Positions 1 through 10,799 of a stretch of 64,000 nucleotides of DNA are shown here, piece after piece; position 1 is the first letter of the stretch, and each line of letters opens with the position of its first letter. This DNA is from an uncultured virus (IMG/VR IMGVR_UViG_3300042564_001445) (taxonomy: Duplodnaviria > Heunggongvirae > Uroviricota > Caudoviricetes). The notes beneath the pieces are model-generated. The model ran no database searches, was not told the DNA's origin, and was given only the letters and a program-made list of their open reading frames with translations. The stretch lies in the IMG/VR virus record IMGVR_UViG_3300042564_001445; one strand, given 5' to 3'. The position numbers and the translations under genes were made by a program.

Positions 1-3000
1 CGAATCTTTTTTATATTCCTCTCCACCCGGCAATGCACTTACAATTTCATCTAAAATTCCTGAATCGGTTGGCATTAAAGCTTGCCCTTGTCCTAAACCG
101 CGAACTTCCGCAATTTTATCTTTACCGCTATACCGTACAGCAACCCTTGCGTCTCCAGTTTTATCGTCTACAAATATGTAAAAATCCCCTCCTCTAACAT
201 GAGACTTAGCTGTACTTATTGCTCCTCCAGTACACCATTGTGCTGGGTATTTATGAGAAGTGTTTGCAATTTTATATAGTTTTTCGGCTACTTCAACATC
301 GCTAGTTTGTGGAAATTTCAACCAATATCCCTCTCCGGTATCACTAACCTTGTGTATATATGGCTTAAATTCAGAGTCTTCTACATCAATCTTAGGCATA
401 TTAAGCATAGCAAACGCATATGCTCTGCCGGGCTCTGTATTCAATTCTGCATAATCAGCGTATGCCGAAGAAAGAATTCCCGGTTGCATTGTAGTAATAG
501 GCTTCTCAGTATTGTTTAACTGACTAGGCTTAATTGCGTCACGCTGAATTTGAGTTTCACCGCCCTCTTCAGTACTTGGAACAACAGTATATCTACTAGC
601 AATACTATCCTTAATCATTGCATACTGGAATGGAACACTATAAGTGTCATTGCCTTTTAAGTATGCAATATTTGCAGTTAAAGAACCTTTTTGCTCTTTA
701 GCCTTCTCTGTAATATAAGTATTTCTTTGATACTCATCGTCGCGAATCATCTTCCATTCGGTAAGATTATCTGTAAACGCAGGATCACTTTCGTATTTCT
801 TAACCTGAGCAGCAATGTACCCCGGCTTTAATTCAGTAAGATAGTATTTGTTTGAGTTATTTGCATCCGCCTCAATCTCATCCATCTCTTTCTTCATCTG
901 CTCAATGATAGCGTCTTTGTCGCCAATAGCAAATAGTTTGTTGCCGCGATTCTCTTCCATCGCTAAAGCGCGCCCCAACCATAAATCTTCAGGAGTCATC
1001 CCCTTGACAACTTTCAAATACTTCTTAAATTGATCTGAGTCGCCAAAATTGCCTTGTGAAATTTGAGATCTTGTAACAACGTCTTCAGGAGTAGAAGCGA
1101 TTGACTGATCCGCCTCCATTGTAGGGCGAACAGCATCTATATTCTCGGCAGCATTTAACATAGCCGCTTGATGATACGCATCTGTTCCCGGAGTTAATCC
1201 TTCTAAGCGAGCTTCTTGCGTAGGAGTAGGAGGGATAAAGTCTCTTAAATAGGAAACATCTACATTTCCTCCAACTTTTAATGCAGCAGCTAATCCTTCA
1301 AAGTATTTAGCTAATTGCTCACCAGAAGTTGTTTCTGCAAAAGCCTTATTAACTAAGTCTTCTAAAGTCTTGCTGTTGATCGATCTTGATGCTTGTAATA
1401 AGAAATCTCTTATGATTCTTGCTAGTTGATCTAGTACAGTTCTTTCAATCTTTCCGTCGCCAGAAGTCAATACTCCAATCATCTGAGTCAAAAACTCTTC
1501 TGCACGCTCTTGCTTTGCCTCAGCTGTTTCTAATAAATTACCCTGCCTATCTGTACCATATTTATTAGCAAAGTCAACTAAAGGTTGAGATTGGCTATTT
1601 TTCATTATACGCAAAACATTATCGCGCATGGAAATAAATGCTTCCGGATTTTCGTTAGCCAATTCAATTAATGCAAGGTGTCCAACTTCGTGGGCCGCGG
1701 AAGTAACAGCGTCATCTGTGTTAGCTAAGTTGACGTGAACAATAGGGTTTGTACCAGTTCCATCATAAGATAACTGAGCTGAAGTTCCATAAGCAAGCTT
1801 AGCAGCTTTATCCTTAGAAACATTTGCTTCAATTAATCCTTTACGCATCTGCTCAGAATTCTCATACAACTTAACATTCCCGTCAGGGTTGATAGTTTGC
1901 ATTGCATTCTGAATATTAACTAAAGTTCTTTTTTGCTCAGGAGTAAGATTTTTTAATAAGTCAAAGTCTCCGTCAATCATTGACTCATCAACTTCCATTG
2001 ATTCGGCAGCCTGTGATACTTCTTCTCCTTTAGAGGTAGTTACCTTTGGCGCTTCTTCTTGGCGCTTAGCCTTAGCAATCTTATCATTAGTAGCAGTTTC
2101 CATTGCGTGCCCAACAATAAGCTTACTCCAGTCTTGCTTTAACTTATCAATGTCTTTATCAATTGTTGCTTCAGCATCAACGTCCTTAAGCTTAGCTTTG
2201 CCATTCTCTAGCGCTTGTATTTTGCCAGCAATATCAATAGCCGCCTTTCTCTTTTCTAACGGAAGAGCAGCCATTACTGTATATTTTCTGGCAACTTGAT
2301 CTGCGTTAAATTTAATGATATCATCAGCGTGTTTTTGTGCCGACTCGCGAATCTCTTTGCTTGCTGTAGGATCGTTAGCCACCTGACGGAAACTACCAAT
2401 CTTACGCTTTTGCTCCATAGTCAACGGAGTAACTGACGCCTTTATCAAAGGAGCTGATACGCCAAATCCTGTAGCAAAACCAATCGTAGCAGACTCTTTA
2501 ATGTTACTTAATAACTTATCGTATTCTTCTTGATTCCAGTTACCGTCTTCAACTCTATCAACAATAAAGCTTCCAATAGCAGAAACAACTTCTTCTCCGC
2601 CTTCTCCTAAAGAGTTTTTTAAGATACCACCTAATGCTTTAAAGTATGTTCTGTTAATCTCTTCTTTAAGAGCCTTCTTTCCCTTTTGATCAAGGAACGT
2701 TTTCATTGTTTTCTTTGCGCCACTCATGTCTAACTTAATGACATTTCCTCCCATAGCTCTTAAAGCTCTAATATCCCCAAGGAATATAGCTTCAGTAGCT
2801 CCTTCAATGATACCTTTTGTTATAGACTGAATTGCGTCTACAGATGATATATCTTTATCCTTTCTGTATTCTTCCGTCAGAGCGTTACCTGTACCAAGCA
2901 TAGCCGATCCAGCAAATACCGCTCCTGAGCTTCCGCCAGTTGTAGCAAGTGCAATAAGCTGTGGAATTTGTTGCGTAACAGATAATCCGAGTTTAGTTAA

Positions 3001-3909
3001 TCCGTCCCAAGTATCTCCCGGTTTAGAAGAGAACATTAAGTCCGTAGCATTCTTGCCTACATTCTCATCTTTAATTCCAGAATTTATCTCAGCAGCAATC
3101 ATATAATCTTCGCTTCTTTTAGCAAGTTTAGCTCCGATTTCGTATATGTTTTGATAAGCAGGTTTCTCTCCCGGAGCCAATGGCTTAGGAGCTTCAGGTT
3201 CAATACCAAGAGCTCTAGAGGCTCCTGACGGATTTTGTTTTGCCTTTTCAAATTCTTGCATAACAAGCCCAGCCATCGTTGTCAATCCAGCTTCCATTGA
3301 AGTTACGCCAGACTTAATTGCATTAGGAGTTATTCTGCTAATAAATGTCAAAACTCCAGAATAATCTTGATTGGGATCCACATCATTTTGAACCGCAATT
3401 GCTGCGGCCCTACGAATCTCTTCTTGTTTAGATTTATCGTACGCATCCCAATTGATAGAGCTTGGGCTTCCACCTAAGAATCTTTCTAATTCGAATTTAA
3501 TATCAACTGGAGCAGAAGGTTTCTTGCCAGTTAGTAATGCAGCAACTTCATTCTCTTGGTATTTCTTTTTATATTCAGCAGCATCATCTTGAGTATCCGG
3601 CTTAAGCAAATCTCCTTCTTTAACCTCTTTAGGCTTTTGAGCTACGGGCTTAGTAATCTCAGTAGTTGCTTTTTTAACAACAGTTGGAGTAGGCTCTTTA
3701 ATTTCACCTAGGTTAGAAATTATAGTCTTTTTAGGAATAAATTTCTTGGCTAACTCTTTTTTAGCTTCCTCGGTAGCCATTTGAATTTTGCCGCCAGACT
3801 TTGGCTTCTCTTGCTCCTCTTGATCGACTACCTCTAACTCTGGTGTATCAACTATTACTTCCTTAGAAAAAATATCCTCAGGCATTTGTGTTGCATCTAA
3901 TTCAGCCAT
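1..3909 (-). CDS. Giant virion cargo/polyvalent protein, N-terminal part (>1303 aa, open at window start; absent from ORF track). Contains a zincin metallopeptidase and a 'WCT' domain
   Basis: Manual translation: ATG at 3909 (MAELDATQMPED...), and the segments translated stay in one frame down to base 1 (...LPGGEEYKKDS). HEVGH at ~1678-1692 with downstream EEF. GYWLKFPQ...QWCTGG...GDFYIF...RVAVRY...IAEVRGLG at ~90-330. Third gene after the muzzle, the usual cargo position. Confidence 0.85.
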   Translation of the reverse strand, partial: MAELDATQMPEDIFSKEVIVDTPELEVVDQEEQEKPKSGGKIQMATEEAKKELAKKFIPKKTIISNLGEIKEPTPTVVKKATTEITKPVAQKPKEVKEGDLLKPDTQDDAAEYKKKYQENEVAALLTGKKPSAPVDIKFELERFLGGSPSSINWDAYDKSKQEEIRRAAAIAVQNDVDPNQDYSGVLTFISRITPNAIKSGVTSMEAGLTTMAGLVMQEFEKAKQNPSGASRALGIEPEAPKPLAPGEKPAYQNIYEIGAKLAKRSEDYMIAAEINSGIKDENVGKNATDLMFSSKPGDTWDGLTKLGLSVTQQIPQLIALATTGGSSGAVFAGSAMLGTGNALTEEYRKDKDISSVDAIQSITKGIIEGATEAIFLGDIRALRAMGGNVIKLDMSGAKKTMKTFLDQKGKKALKEEINRTYFKALGGILKNSLGEGGEEVVSAIGSFIVDRVEDGNWNQEEYDKLLSNIKESATIGFATGFGVSAPLIKASVTPLTMEQKRKIGSFRQVANDPTASKEIRESAQKHADDIIKFNADQVARKYTVMAALPLEKRKAAIDIAGKIQALENGKAKLKDVDAEATIDKDIDKLKQDWSKLIVGHAMETATNDKIAKAKRQEEAPKVTTSKGEEVSQAAESMEVDESMIDGDFDLLKNLTPEQKRTLVNIQNAMQTINPDGNVKLYENSEQMRKGLIEANVSKDKAAKLAYGTSAQLSYDGTGTNPIVHVNLANTDDAVTSAAHEVGHLALIELANENPEAFISMRDNVLRIMKNSQSQPLVDFANKYGTDRQGNLLETAEAKQERAEEFLTQMIGVLTSGDGKIERTVLDQLARIIRDFLLQASRSINSKTLEDLVNKAFAETTSGEQLAKYFEGLAAALKVGGNVDVSYLRDFIPPTPTQEARLEGLTPGTDAYHQAAMLNAAENIDAVRPTMEADQSIASTPEDVVTRSQISQGNFGDSDQFKKYLKVVKGMTPEDLWLGRALAMEENRGNKLFAIGDKDAIIEQMKKEMDEIEADANNSNKYYLTELKPGYIAAQVKKYESDPAFTDNLTEWKMIRDDEYQRNTYITEKAKEQKGSLTANIAYLKGNDTYSVPFQYAMIKDSIASRYTVVPSTEEGGETQIQRDAIKPSQLNNTEKPITTMQPGILSSAYADYAELNTEPGRAYAFAMLNMPKIDVEDSEFKPYIHKVSDTGEGYWLKFPQTSDVEVAEKLYKIANTSHKYPAQWCTGGAISTAKSHVRGGDFYIFVDDKTGDARVAVRYSGKDKIAEVRGLGQGQALMPTDSGILDEIVSALPGGEEYKKDS

Positions 3910-3926
3910 TATAATGGGGTTTTTAA

Positions 3927-5390
3927 TTATTTACTAAGTCTACGAATAACCTGCTCTCTAGTTTCCTTGAAACCACCCGCTTTCATTGTCTGATAAACCA
4001 TATTCTCTGTCCAATTTTTCCCAGCCTTTGTTTTAAATGCTATAGCTGTTGGGTTTTTAGGTGGTGCAGGTACTTTATTAGGTGTTTTAGGTGGCGCAGG
4101 AGGGGTAACACCTTTAGGAGGAAGTAATTTATTAAACAAGTCAAGGGCAGCTCCTTTTAACTTACCGCTATAAGAATTAGCTGCTGTAGCAGCAAAGATA
4201 GACTTTAATTGATCTGGGCGCAAACCTACTTTTTTGTAAGTAGTTGTTGCTCCTTGGATGTTATTTTCATCTTGCCACGGATCCCCTTTGTCGTCAACTA
4301 ATATTGTTGCCCAATAAGAACCATCAGATGCTCTACTCAATTCAGATGTAATAGCTTGAGTAGTTGCTCCAATCTTTATTTTAAGATTTTTACCTAGCGA
4401 AAATGTGTTTACGTCGCCTGCACCCGGAATGGTATTTTTATATAAAGATCCTTTAAATTCTTCTGCTCCGCCGCCTGATCCGCTTGCACCTTTTTTAACC
4501 GCAGGAGGCTTAACATATGTTTCTTTAACAGTAAATGGAAGTTGTTCCGCAGCCATATTGAAAATTGCTTTTCTTCTTTGGTTCTCAGGAATCATTTGTC
4601 CAGCAGCCCCTGCGCGTTCTACTAATAAATCTATAGTCTCCGGGCTTGCTGCTTCCATTTTTTCATATTCAACATCAGCTGTAGGGCGCGTAACGATAGC
4701 TCCTGTCATAGGATCTACAACTTGCGTCATTTCAGGGCGAATACGTTTTTTTGTTATAGGATCATATGAATCCCCTAAATATCCTTTTCCAGAAAAAGTA
4801 ATAGCGCTTTTATCTTCATTTTTAACTATTCCATTAATAGACCCTTCTGAACGAACGTGTGCTAAATATGATTTTTGAAATAATTGTTTTTCGTTTAAGT
4901 TATCTCTAAATGCTTTATCAAAATACTTAGAAGCGTCTTGTGGATTTAAAACATTTGAATCCATTGTGACTTTATCTAAGTCCATCATAGCTTTACTCAT
5001 ATCGGATATAAGATCTTTTTGAGACAAGAGTCTAGTTTGGTATTCTTTGCGCATATCAGCTTTATCTTCCCAAGCTTGCTTCTCTTGTTTGATTCGGGAT
5101 ATTCGAGATGTCACCGCAGCAATTGCCGCGTGATTTACTTTTCCATCAGGCCCAATTGCATCAGCCAAGCCACCAACAAGCTGATTAGCTTTATTGGTTA
5201 TATCTTGGCGCCCATACATATTAACCTTATCTTTCAGCCCTTCAATGTTGGTATATAAATCTGTAGCCAACTTGTAATCTCGCTGCTTTTGATCGATTGC
5301 CTGCTTAAATATATCTCCTAAGCCAGAGCTTATGTCACCAAACTCTTGCTTGATGTTTTGTGCTGGATTATATATAAATTCGTTTGCCAT
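3927..5390 (-). CDS. Putative internal virion/ejection (cargo) protein 2
   Basis: 487 aa, helical N-terminus; lies between the small pilot-like protein and the giant protein. Confidence 0.6.
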   Translation of the reverse strand: MANEFIYNPAQNIKQEFGDISSGLGDIFKQAIDQKQRDYKLATDLYTNIEGLKDKVNMYGRQDITNKANQLVGGLADAIGPDGKVNHAAIAAVTSRISRIKQEKQAWEDKADMRKEYQTRLLSQKDLISDMSKAMMDLDKVTMDSNVLNPQDASKYFDKAFRDNLNEKQLFQKSYLAHVRSEGSINGIVKNEDKSAITFSGKGYLGDSYDPITKKRIRPEMTQVVDPMTGAIVTRPTADVEYEKMEAASPETIDLLVERAGAAGQMIPENQRRKAIFNMAAEQLPFTVKETYVKPPAVKKGASGSGGGAEEFKGSLYKNTIPGAGDVNTFSLGKNLKIKIGATTQAITSELSRASDGSYWATILVDDKGDPWQDENNIQGATTTYKKVGLRPDQLKSIFAATAANSYSGKLKGAALDLFNKLLPPKGVTPPAPPKTPNKVPAPPKNPTAIAFKTKAGKNWTENMVYQTMKAGGFKETREQVIRRLSK

Positions 5391-6292
5391 TATTCATTTT
5401 TAAATATAGTGGAGTAAAGATTAATTCCTGTTCTTGACATTTTATCAGAAGCTCTTCTAAATTCTTCTAACGAATTATTCATTGGTGCTGTGCCAATATC
5501 ACCTCTTGACAACCTCATCATTTCAAGTTGTTTATCAAATGCTTTAGTTTGGGCATCAACACCTCCCATAGCCATTAACGACTTACCGATATCCATTCCA
5601 ACATTTCCTATTCCACTCCAAATAGCAGCTCTAGTATCAGCTAAAGCAGCTTTTTTAGCCATTTCTTGGTTAAACAATTGCGCTTCCAAAGCCATATCCG
5701 CTTGGAATCCACTCTTAGTCAAATCTAATAAAGCGTTTTCTTTTGCTGAAATTGAACTAAATTGCAATCCTCTTTCTCTAGCAGATGCCGCAGCAGTATT
5801 AGCAATTTGAGATATGTATTGTTGTTGCGCATTCTGAAGCATTGATTGACGTTGCCCTTGTATTAATGCATCAATGTTTTGCATCTGAGCTCCCTCTTGT
5901 TGTTGCCCCATTAAAGCAGCAGTTAGCAAGTCTGTACCTGAGCCTGCCCCTCTTTGCGCAGCAGCTAATGTGTTAGCCGTTGTTTGGCGAGCTTGTTCAC
6001 GCAGAATACCTTCGCCAGCAACCTGTCCTCCAGACGCCATACGCTTAGCCATTTCTGCTTCAGATTGAGCTTGTTCAAAGCGAGAAATATCTCCTTGATA
6101 GGTAGATAGTTTTTCTGCTTCTGCTCTTGTCGCAGCAAGTCCAGTCTTTAATTTATTACGTTGTTCAGCAGCAAATCCGCCAAAAGAACGAAGTTGTTCA
6201 ATTGCTTGATTCTTTTGTCCAATAACTCCCGGAAGTTTAAGTAATGAACCAACACCTGATGCAACAGCACCTGCTATTAACAATGGCCCCAT
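5390..6292 (-). CDS. Putative ejection/pilot (cargo) protein 1
   Basis: 300 aa, Ala/Gln/Gly-rich, hydrophobic MGPLLIAGAVASGVGSLL N-terminus typical of podovirus ejection proteins. Confidence 0.65.
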   Translation of the reverse strand: MGPLLIAGAVASGVGSLLKLPGVIGQKNQAIEQLRSFGGFAAEQRNKLKTGLAATRAEAEKLSTYQGDISRFEQAQSEAEMAKRMASGGQVAGEGILREQARQTTANTLAAAQRGAGSGTDLLTAALMGQQQEGAQMQNIDALIQGQRQSMLQNAQQQYISQIANTAAASARERGLQFSSISAKENALLDLTKSGFQADMALEAQLFNQEMAKKAALADTRAAIWSGIGNVGMDIGKSLMAMGGVDAQTKAFDKQLEMMRLSRGDIGTAPMNNSLEEFRRASDKMSRTGINLYSTIFKNE

Positions 6293-6312
6293 ATTATTTT
6301 ATATTTAAATTT

Positions 6313-9300
6313 TTAACTATGTCCTGATGAAGCTTCAACGTCTACTTCTAAGGCATTGATTCTCATGTTCTGAGTTTTATCCTTTAAAGTTAACGAAAAA
6401 ACATTTAACGCCCCAACAATTGCATTACCTTCTATAAGGTTTCTTTCAACTATTGTGCCCGTTGTATTTTTATCTCTTAAAATATGTGCATATAATCGTC
6501 CGTCCTGCATTAAGAAGTTAGCCTCCACTAATTTAGAAACTTGATTATTTTCATTTGTTATATCTATTGTTAATAGATTACTCTTAACATAATTGCTTTG
6601 AGTCCAATCTACAACATTCATATCATGAAAAACAGACAATCTTGTAGGGAATACTGTGCTTCGGCTGTTTAATACAAATGATATTGTGCCGTCATTTGAT
6701 CCGCCAAAGAAAGTATTATATCCTGTTTGCAAAGATTTAAATATTGTACTTCCGCTTATCAATATCATTTTGTCTCCATAACTTTCAGCAAAAGTAGGTA
6801 CAAATGAGTATTCCGCAATCCATCTTTTAAGATTATCAGAGTATCCCATCGACGTAGATTCTCCTAAGAATCCAATAAACGCCATATTGTAAAATGGATC
6901 GTAAGAGAATCTTGCAATGCCAGACTTATTTAAGAAATGAGATCTCATAAAAACATCGCTAGGCATCTCAATACCTCTGTCTGTATATTTAACAACTTTC
7001 TTTGTGAAGTTATCCCACCACCAAATAGTACCCTTATAGTTCATTACAGATAACTTATTCTGTAATCCTAGCCCAGAACCCATATTGCGGATAGTTCCAA
7101 TCATATTAGCTGTAAGGGCTCTAATAGCAGAGTTATTCCCTTGTGTAAGCTCCTGCTCTCCTAGGAATACATAAGCCGATTCTCTAGGGCATAATGCAAG
7201 TAGCATCGCTCCATTACCTTGTAGTCTTGAAGCGCGCTGTAATGATACAATCTCTCCATTTTCAATAGGTACTTCATTGCTATCTAAAGCAAAGAATGAG
7301 TTGATATTATTGATACTAGTACCTGCAATAAAATTACCTGAGTAACGAATAGCATTTGTCCGACGTGGATATGCTACGTTAGCCGCTATCACAGATGGCT
7401 TACCAGCAGATGTATTCCATTGCTGATTAGCAACGGCATTTGAAATTGAGCGAATAATATATTTTTCGTTTGTAGTAGCTAGAGTTACATCAGGACTATA
7501 AGACGTAACTAACTTAGGGGTTGTTCTATCTCCGTTAAGCGTAATTGTCATACCATAAGTAGAACCTCCTGCCTTAGCAATTGAAACAGAGCCAGCAACT
7601 ACGCTTCCATTTAAGTAGAAGTCTAATGTAATCTTTGCTGAAAATTTATCGTTTGCAACAATATCTTTAGCAATATCTGTGCTAAGATTAATGTCCTTAG
7701 TAGAAGTAATCGGGATAACTGTTCCAGCAGTAGCATCCGTAAACGTTTTTTCATCTACAATAAATTCAGAGCCAAACTTTTCGGTTGTCCCGTATTTGTT
7801 GTCCGCATTATTGTAAGGCGTCTTATATATCTGGCATTTTATTTTCCAGTTCATATCGCCATAAGATGGGAATGCTGGGTCAGCTGGAGTTGTAAGCGTC
7901 AATACGCTAGTAGATGTCAAGTTAAACTGAACAGACATCTTATTCACACTAGGGTCTTGGTTGCCTATATCATAGAATCCTTTTACCACAAATGCGTCCG
8001 CTGTAGTCGTTAGCGTAGCAGTATCCCCGTTAGTCCCTGAAGGAATAACAAAAGTTGGCTCAAAAATTTGCTGAGCAGTCCCTGGGTTTGTTAACGAGCG
8101 AAATAACGTTTGACTAGTAATAGCATTCACTACGGTAACTACGTCCTCAACAATAACGTTAGGTAACGTCTTAACTGCATTGTACTTAAATGGAGCTGTC
8201 TGGTAAACAGGTATTTCTATTTTTTTGAAAACCGTATCTCCAATCAACTTAGTGCTATTAAGTAATCCTGTGCCAGTTAATGTGACAGTACCTAATCCAG
8301 CAGAAATATCAATTAAGCTTCCATACTCGTAGAACAATAATGATTCGTCCTCCTGCGCTTGTTTAGGCGAGTATATCTCAAAGAACAAGTCTTTAGGTAT
8401 TGGTATAACAGGATTAGTTAAAGCTCCGCCTGAGTAGTCGCAATAAAGTAAGTTACTATTTTGTTGAACAATTCGTAAGTCAACAATATTTCTAGCCGCA
8501 CTAGTCCCAATGTTTATTGAGATTCTATCTCCTTCTTGTAAGGTGTATATCTGTCCTGCTAAAAACATTCCCATCAAGTCAACCACAAAGTAAGTCACAT
8601 CTTTCAAGTCGTCATTTGTAACTGACTGACTTATGCTCTTAACCCGAGTAACAACTTTTGTTGACGGATTCTCTTCTAGCTTACTTAATTCAAAGAATAT
8701 ATTGCTGGCAAATCCTTCGTAGATATATGACTTAGATATATTCTTAGAATATACTAATTGTATATACTTTGCCCAAGATGGCTTAGCGTATCCAGTTCCA
8801 GCTGAAATAGTAATGTTGGGAACAACAGGATATGCAAACTTGCCTGTGCTAAATTTCCTAACTGTATTAGCCTCTACCCCGCGAGTTTTTAATGCTGCGT
8901 CATAATAAGCTATACCAACTGCGTATGTTGAATTATTTGCAAATGGTTTTACATATCCAGAACCATCGTAAGAAGCTTCGGTACTAACAACCTCAATATC
9001 AGACGCTCCAGAATTTAAGTATGTTTTATAAGTGCCTCCTGCAATTGGTGTCTCAGTCGTTTCTATTGCTACATTTATTTTAGTATTAGCCTCTGTTAAG
9101 CTATAGTCGTCTTGAATATTTGCTAAGAACAATCTATTCTTTGCAATTTCAATACTCTTTACATTTTCAGGTATAGCGTCAAATGGCTTGCCGACTGTAA
9201 CTAAGTCTAGGCTTTCATTCATCTGTCCAGTAAATGTAACAGCAGCGCCAGTATAGTCTGCTATCTTTTGAACATCAGCTTTTCTCCAGTTACCGTTGTT

Positions 9301-10014
9301 TCCCATTCGAACATAAAGTTCGATATCTGTCGCAAATGCTGGTTTCCCTGTAAAGTCGTATTGAATATCATATTGCTGCACACCCTTTTCTGCCTTAAAC
9401 ATCTGAGAGTAATTCCCTAATACGGAATATTCTTTTGACGCGTATTGATATCTAGCAGCAAACTGGAAGTCAGTATTTTCTAATAAAGCTAAGGGAGAAG
9501 TGCTTATAAATTTCTTAATCTTAACAACATTGTTAGGAGTCTTCTTTTGTAGCTTTAAGTCTTCAATAGAAGAAAACGTTAAGTTTATATCTAGCGTAAG
9601 ATTGTATGCCAATACAGTCCCTCCCTCAGCATAATTCCAAACAATTGTATTACCGATAACTTTTAAGTCAGGAACCATTTCTACATCCGTAGCATTGTGT
9701 GGGTATGTTAATATTGCGCTCGCGTTGAACGAATCGCCTGATGGGATAATCTTGTGTATAGTAGCCGTTCCGCCAGCATTATTGCAAAGTACATATATAA
9801 TATTGTCTACATTTTGAAACGTCGCACGAGGCGTGCCGGCTAAAGTAATTCCTGTAGAAGCAAAAGACTCCATTAGTCGAACTGCTCCGGCCCCACCAGT
9901 TTTACCAGCATCAAAAACAATATTAGATGCCGCGATGTAATCCCCTTCCGGTAAATTATTCGGATCAATATCTTTATTCAAACCTCCTGATGCTCTGAGA
10001 CTTATCTTAGCCAT
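6313..10014 (-). CDS. Tail stabilization/muzzle (nozzle) protein
   Basis: 1233 aa; N-terminal GGLNKDIDP..LPEGDY..A.N and the KSIEIAKNRLFLAN motif resemble crAss-like muzzle/P22 gp10-like proteins; follows the ring proteins. Confidence 0.75.
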   Translation of the reverse strand: MAKISLRASGGLNKDIDPNNLPEGDYIAASNIVFDAGKTGGAGAVRLMESFASTGITLAGTPRATFQNVDNIIYVLCNNAGGTATIHKIIPSGDSFNASAILTYPHNATDVEMVPDLKVIGNTIVWNYAEGGTVLAYNLTLDINLTFSSIEDLKLQKKTPNNVVKIKKFISTSPLALLENTDFQFAARYQYASKEYSVLGNYSQMFKAEKGVQQYDIQYDFTGKPAFATDIELYVRMGNNGNWRKADVQKIADYTGAAVTFTGQMNESLDLVTVGKPFDAIPENVKSIEIAKNRLFLANIQDDYSLTEANTKINVAIETTETPIAGGTYKTYLNSGASDIEVVSTEASYDGSGYVKPFANNSTYAVGIAYYDAALKTRGVEANTVRKFSTGKFAYPVVPNITISAGTGYAKPSWAKYIQLVYSKNISKSYIYEGFASNIFFELSKLEENPSTKVVTRVKSISQSVTNDDLKDVTYFVVDLMGMFLAGQIYTLQEGDRISINIGTSAARNIVDLRIVQQNSNLLYCDYSGGALTNPVIPIPKDLFFEIYSPKQAQEDESLLFYEYGSLIDISAGLGTVTLTGTGLLNSTKLIGDTVFKKIEIPVYQTAPFKYNAVKTLPNVIVEDVVTVVNAITSQTLFRSLTNPGTAQQIFEPTFVIPSGTNGDTATLTTTADAFVVKGFYDIGNQDPSVNKMSVQFNLTSTSVLTLTTPADPAFPSYGDMNWKIKCQIYKTPYNNADNKYGTTEKFGSEFIVDEKTFTDATAGTVIPITSTKDINLSTDIAKDIVANDKFSAKITLDFYLNGSVVAGSVSIAKAGGSTYGMTITLNGDRTTPKLVTSYSPDVTLATTNEKYIIRSISNAVANQQWNTSAGKPSVIAANVAYPRRTNAIRYSGNFIAGTSINNINSFFALDSNEVPIENGEIVSLQRASRLQGNGAMLLALCPRESAYVFLGEQELTQGNNSAIRALTANMIGTIRNMGSGLGLQNKLSVMNYKGTIWWWDNFTKKVVKYTDRGIEMPSDVFMRSHFLNKSGIARFSYDPFYNMAFIGFLGESTSMGYSDNLKRWIAEYSFVPTFAESYGDKMILISGSTIFKSLQTGYNTFFGGSNDGTISFVLNSRSTVFPTRLSVFHDMNVVDWTQSNYVKSNLLTIDITNENNQVSKLVEANFLMQDGRLYAHILRDKNTTGTIVERNLIEGNAIVGALNVFSLTLKDKTQNMRINALEVDVEASSGHS

Positions 10015-10043
10015 TTGTTAAATGTTAAAAATGATGAGTTAAA

Positions 10044-10799
10044 TTAATTCTTAACACCAGCGTGAATACCGCGACGTAATGCGCCAATAATCTCCGCGTA
10101 GTCCATTGAATTAAGTCTAGCTCTTAATACTCTTCTTGCGTTCTCAAACTCCATTTTAGCACCTTGTGCCTCACCTAATCTTGCGCCACTTGCCTTAGCA
10201 GCCATCATTACCATATACTTTGAAATTGTATCAACAGCGTATGGAGTAACAACATTTGCTGATGACTTAGATACCGCAGAAGTAACATATGTTAAAACAA
10301 TTTTCTCGAATGTAGTCTTGTTACTAAATACAATTTCTTGGTTTACTTTATCAATATCAAAAGTAAATAATGCACGACGCTCTCTGCCGTAATATCTTCC
10401 AACAAACTGCCCGTTGCTATTAAGCATTGATGAACCTCTGTTCAAGAAGTAATTTAAATTCTCGATGTATTCGTTAGCCTCATTCTCGAATGGAATCTTA
10501 TTCCCTGCATCGTCATAATTATACATCTTATTTAAGCGAGATTCTCTTTCTAAAGGAAGCAAACGCTCACCACTCTTAGATGATACATCTATGTAATCAA
10601 CAAAGTCAGACGGCAATATTGCGCGTCCATAAGAAGTAATATCAAGCTCAATAGTTTTAACGCTACCTAAGTCGTAGTCCAAAGACAATTCATCTAAGAT
10701 GCGCAACCCATGCTGTAAGTATCTAGTATAGTAATGTAATGGTAAACCCGAGTCTAACAATACATCTCTAACAATCATATTTAATGACTTAGTCTTCAT
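10044..10799 (-). CDS. Tail ring/tubular (adaptor) protein
   Basis: 251 aa, LPSDFVDY motif; one of three consecutive 216-251 aa genes before the muzzle. Confidence 0.65.
   Translation of the reverse strand: MKTKSLNMIVRDVLLDSGLPLHYYTRYLQHGLRILDELSLDYDLGSVKTIELDITSYGRAILPSDFVDYIDVSSKSGERLLPLERESRLNKMYNYDDAGNKIPFENEANEYIENLNYFLNRGSSMLNSNGQFVGRYYGRERRALFTFDIDKVNQEIVFSNKTTFEKIVLTYVTSAVSKSSANVVTPYAVDTISKYMVMMAAKASGARLGEAQGAKMEFENARRVLRARLNSMDYAEIIGALRRGIHAGVKN

Noticed and set aside
260..1033. Plus-strand ORFs 260-454, 307-519, 848-1033 and other short antisense or nested ORFs in the track
   Set aside because: Shadows of long opposite-strand or other-frame genes with no recognisable motifs
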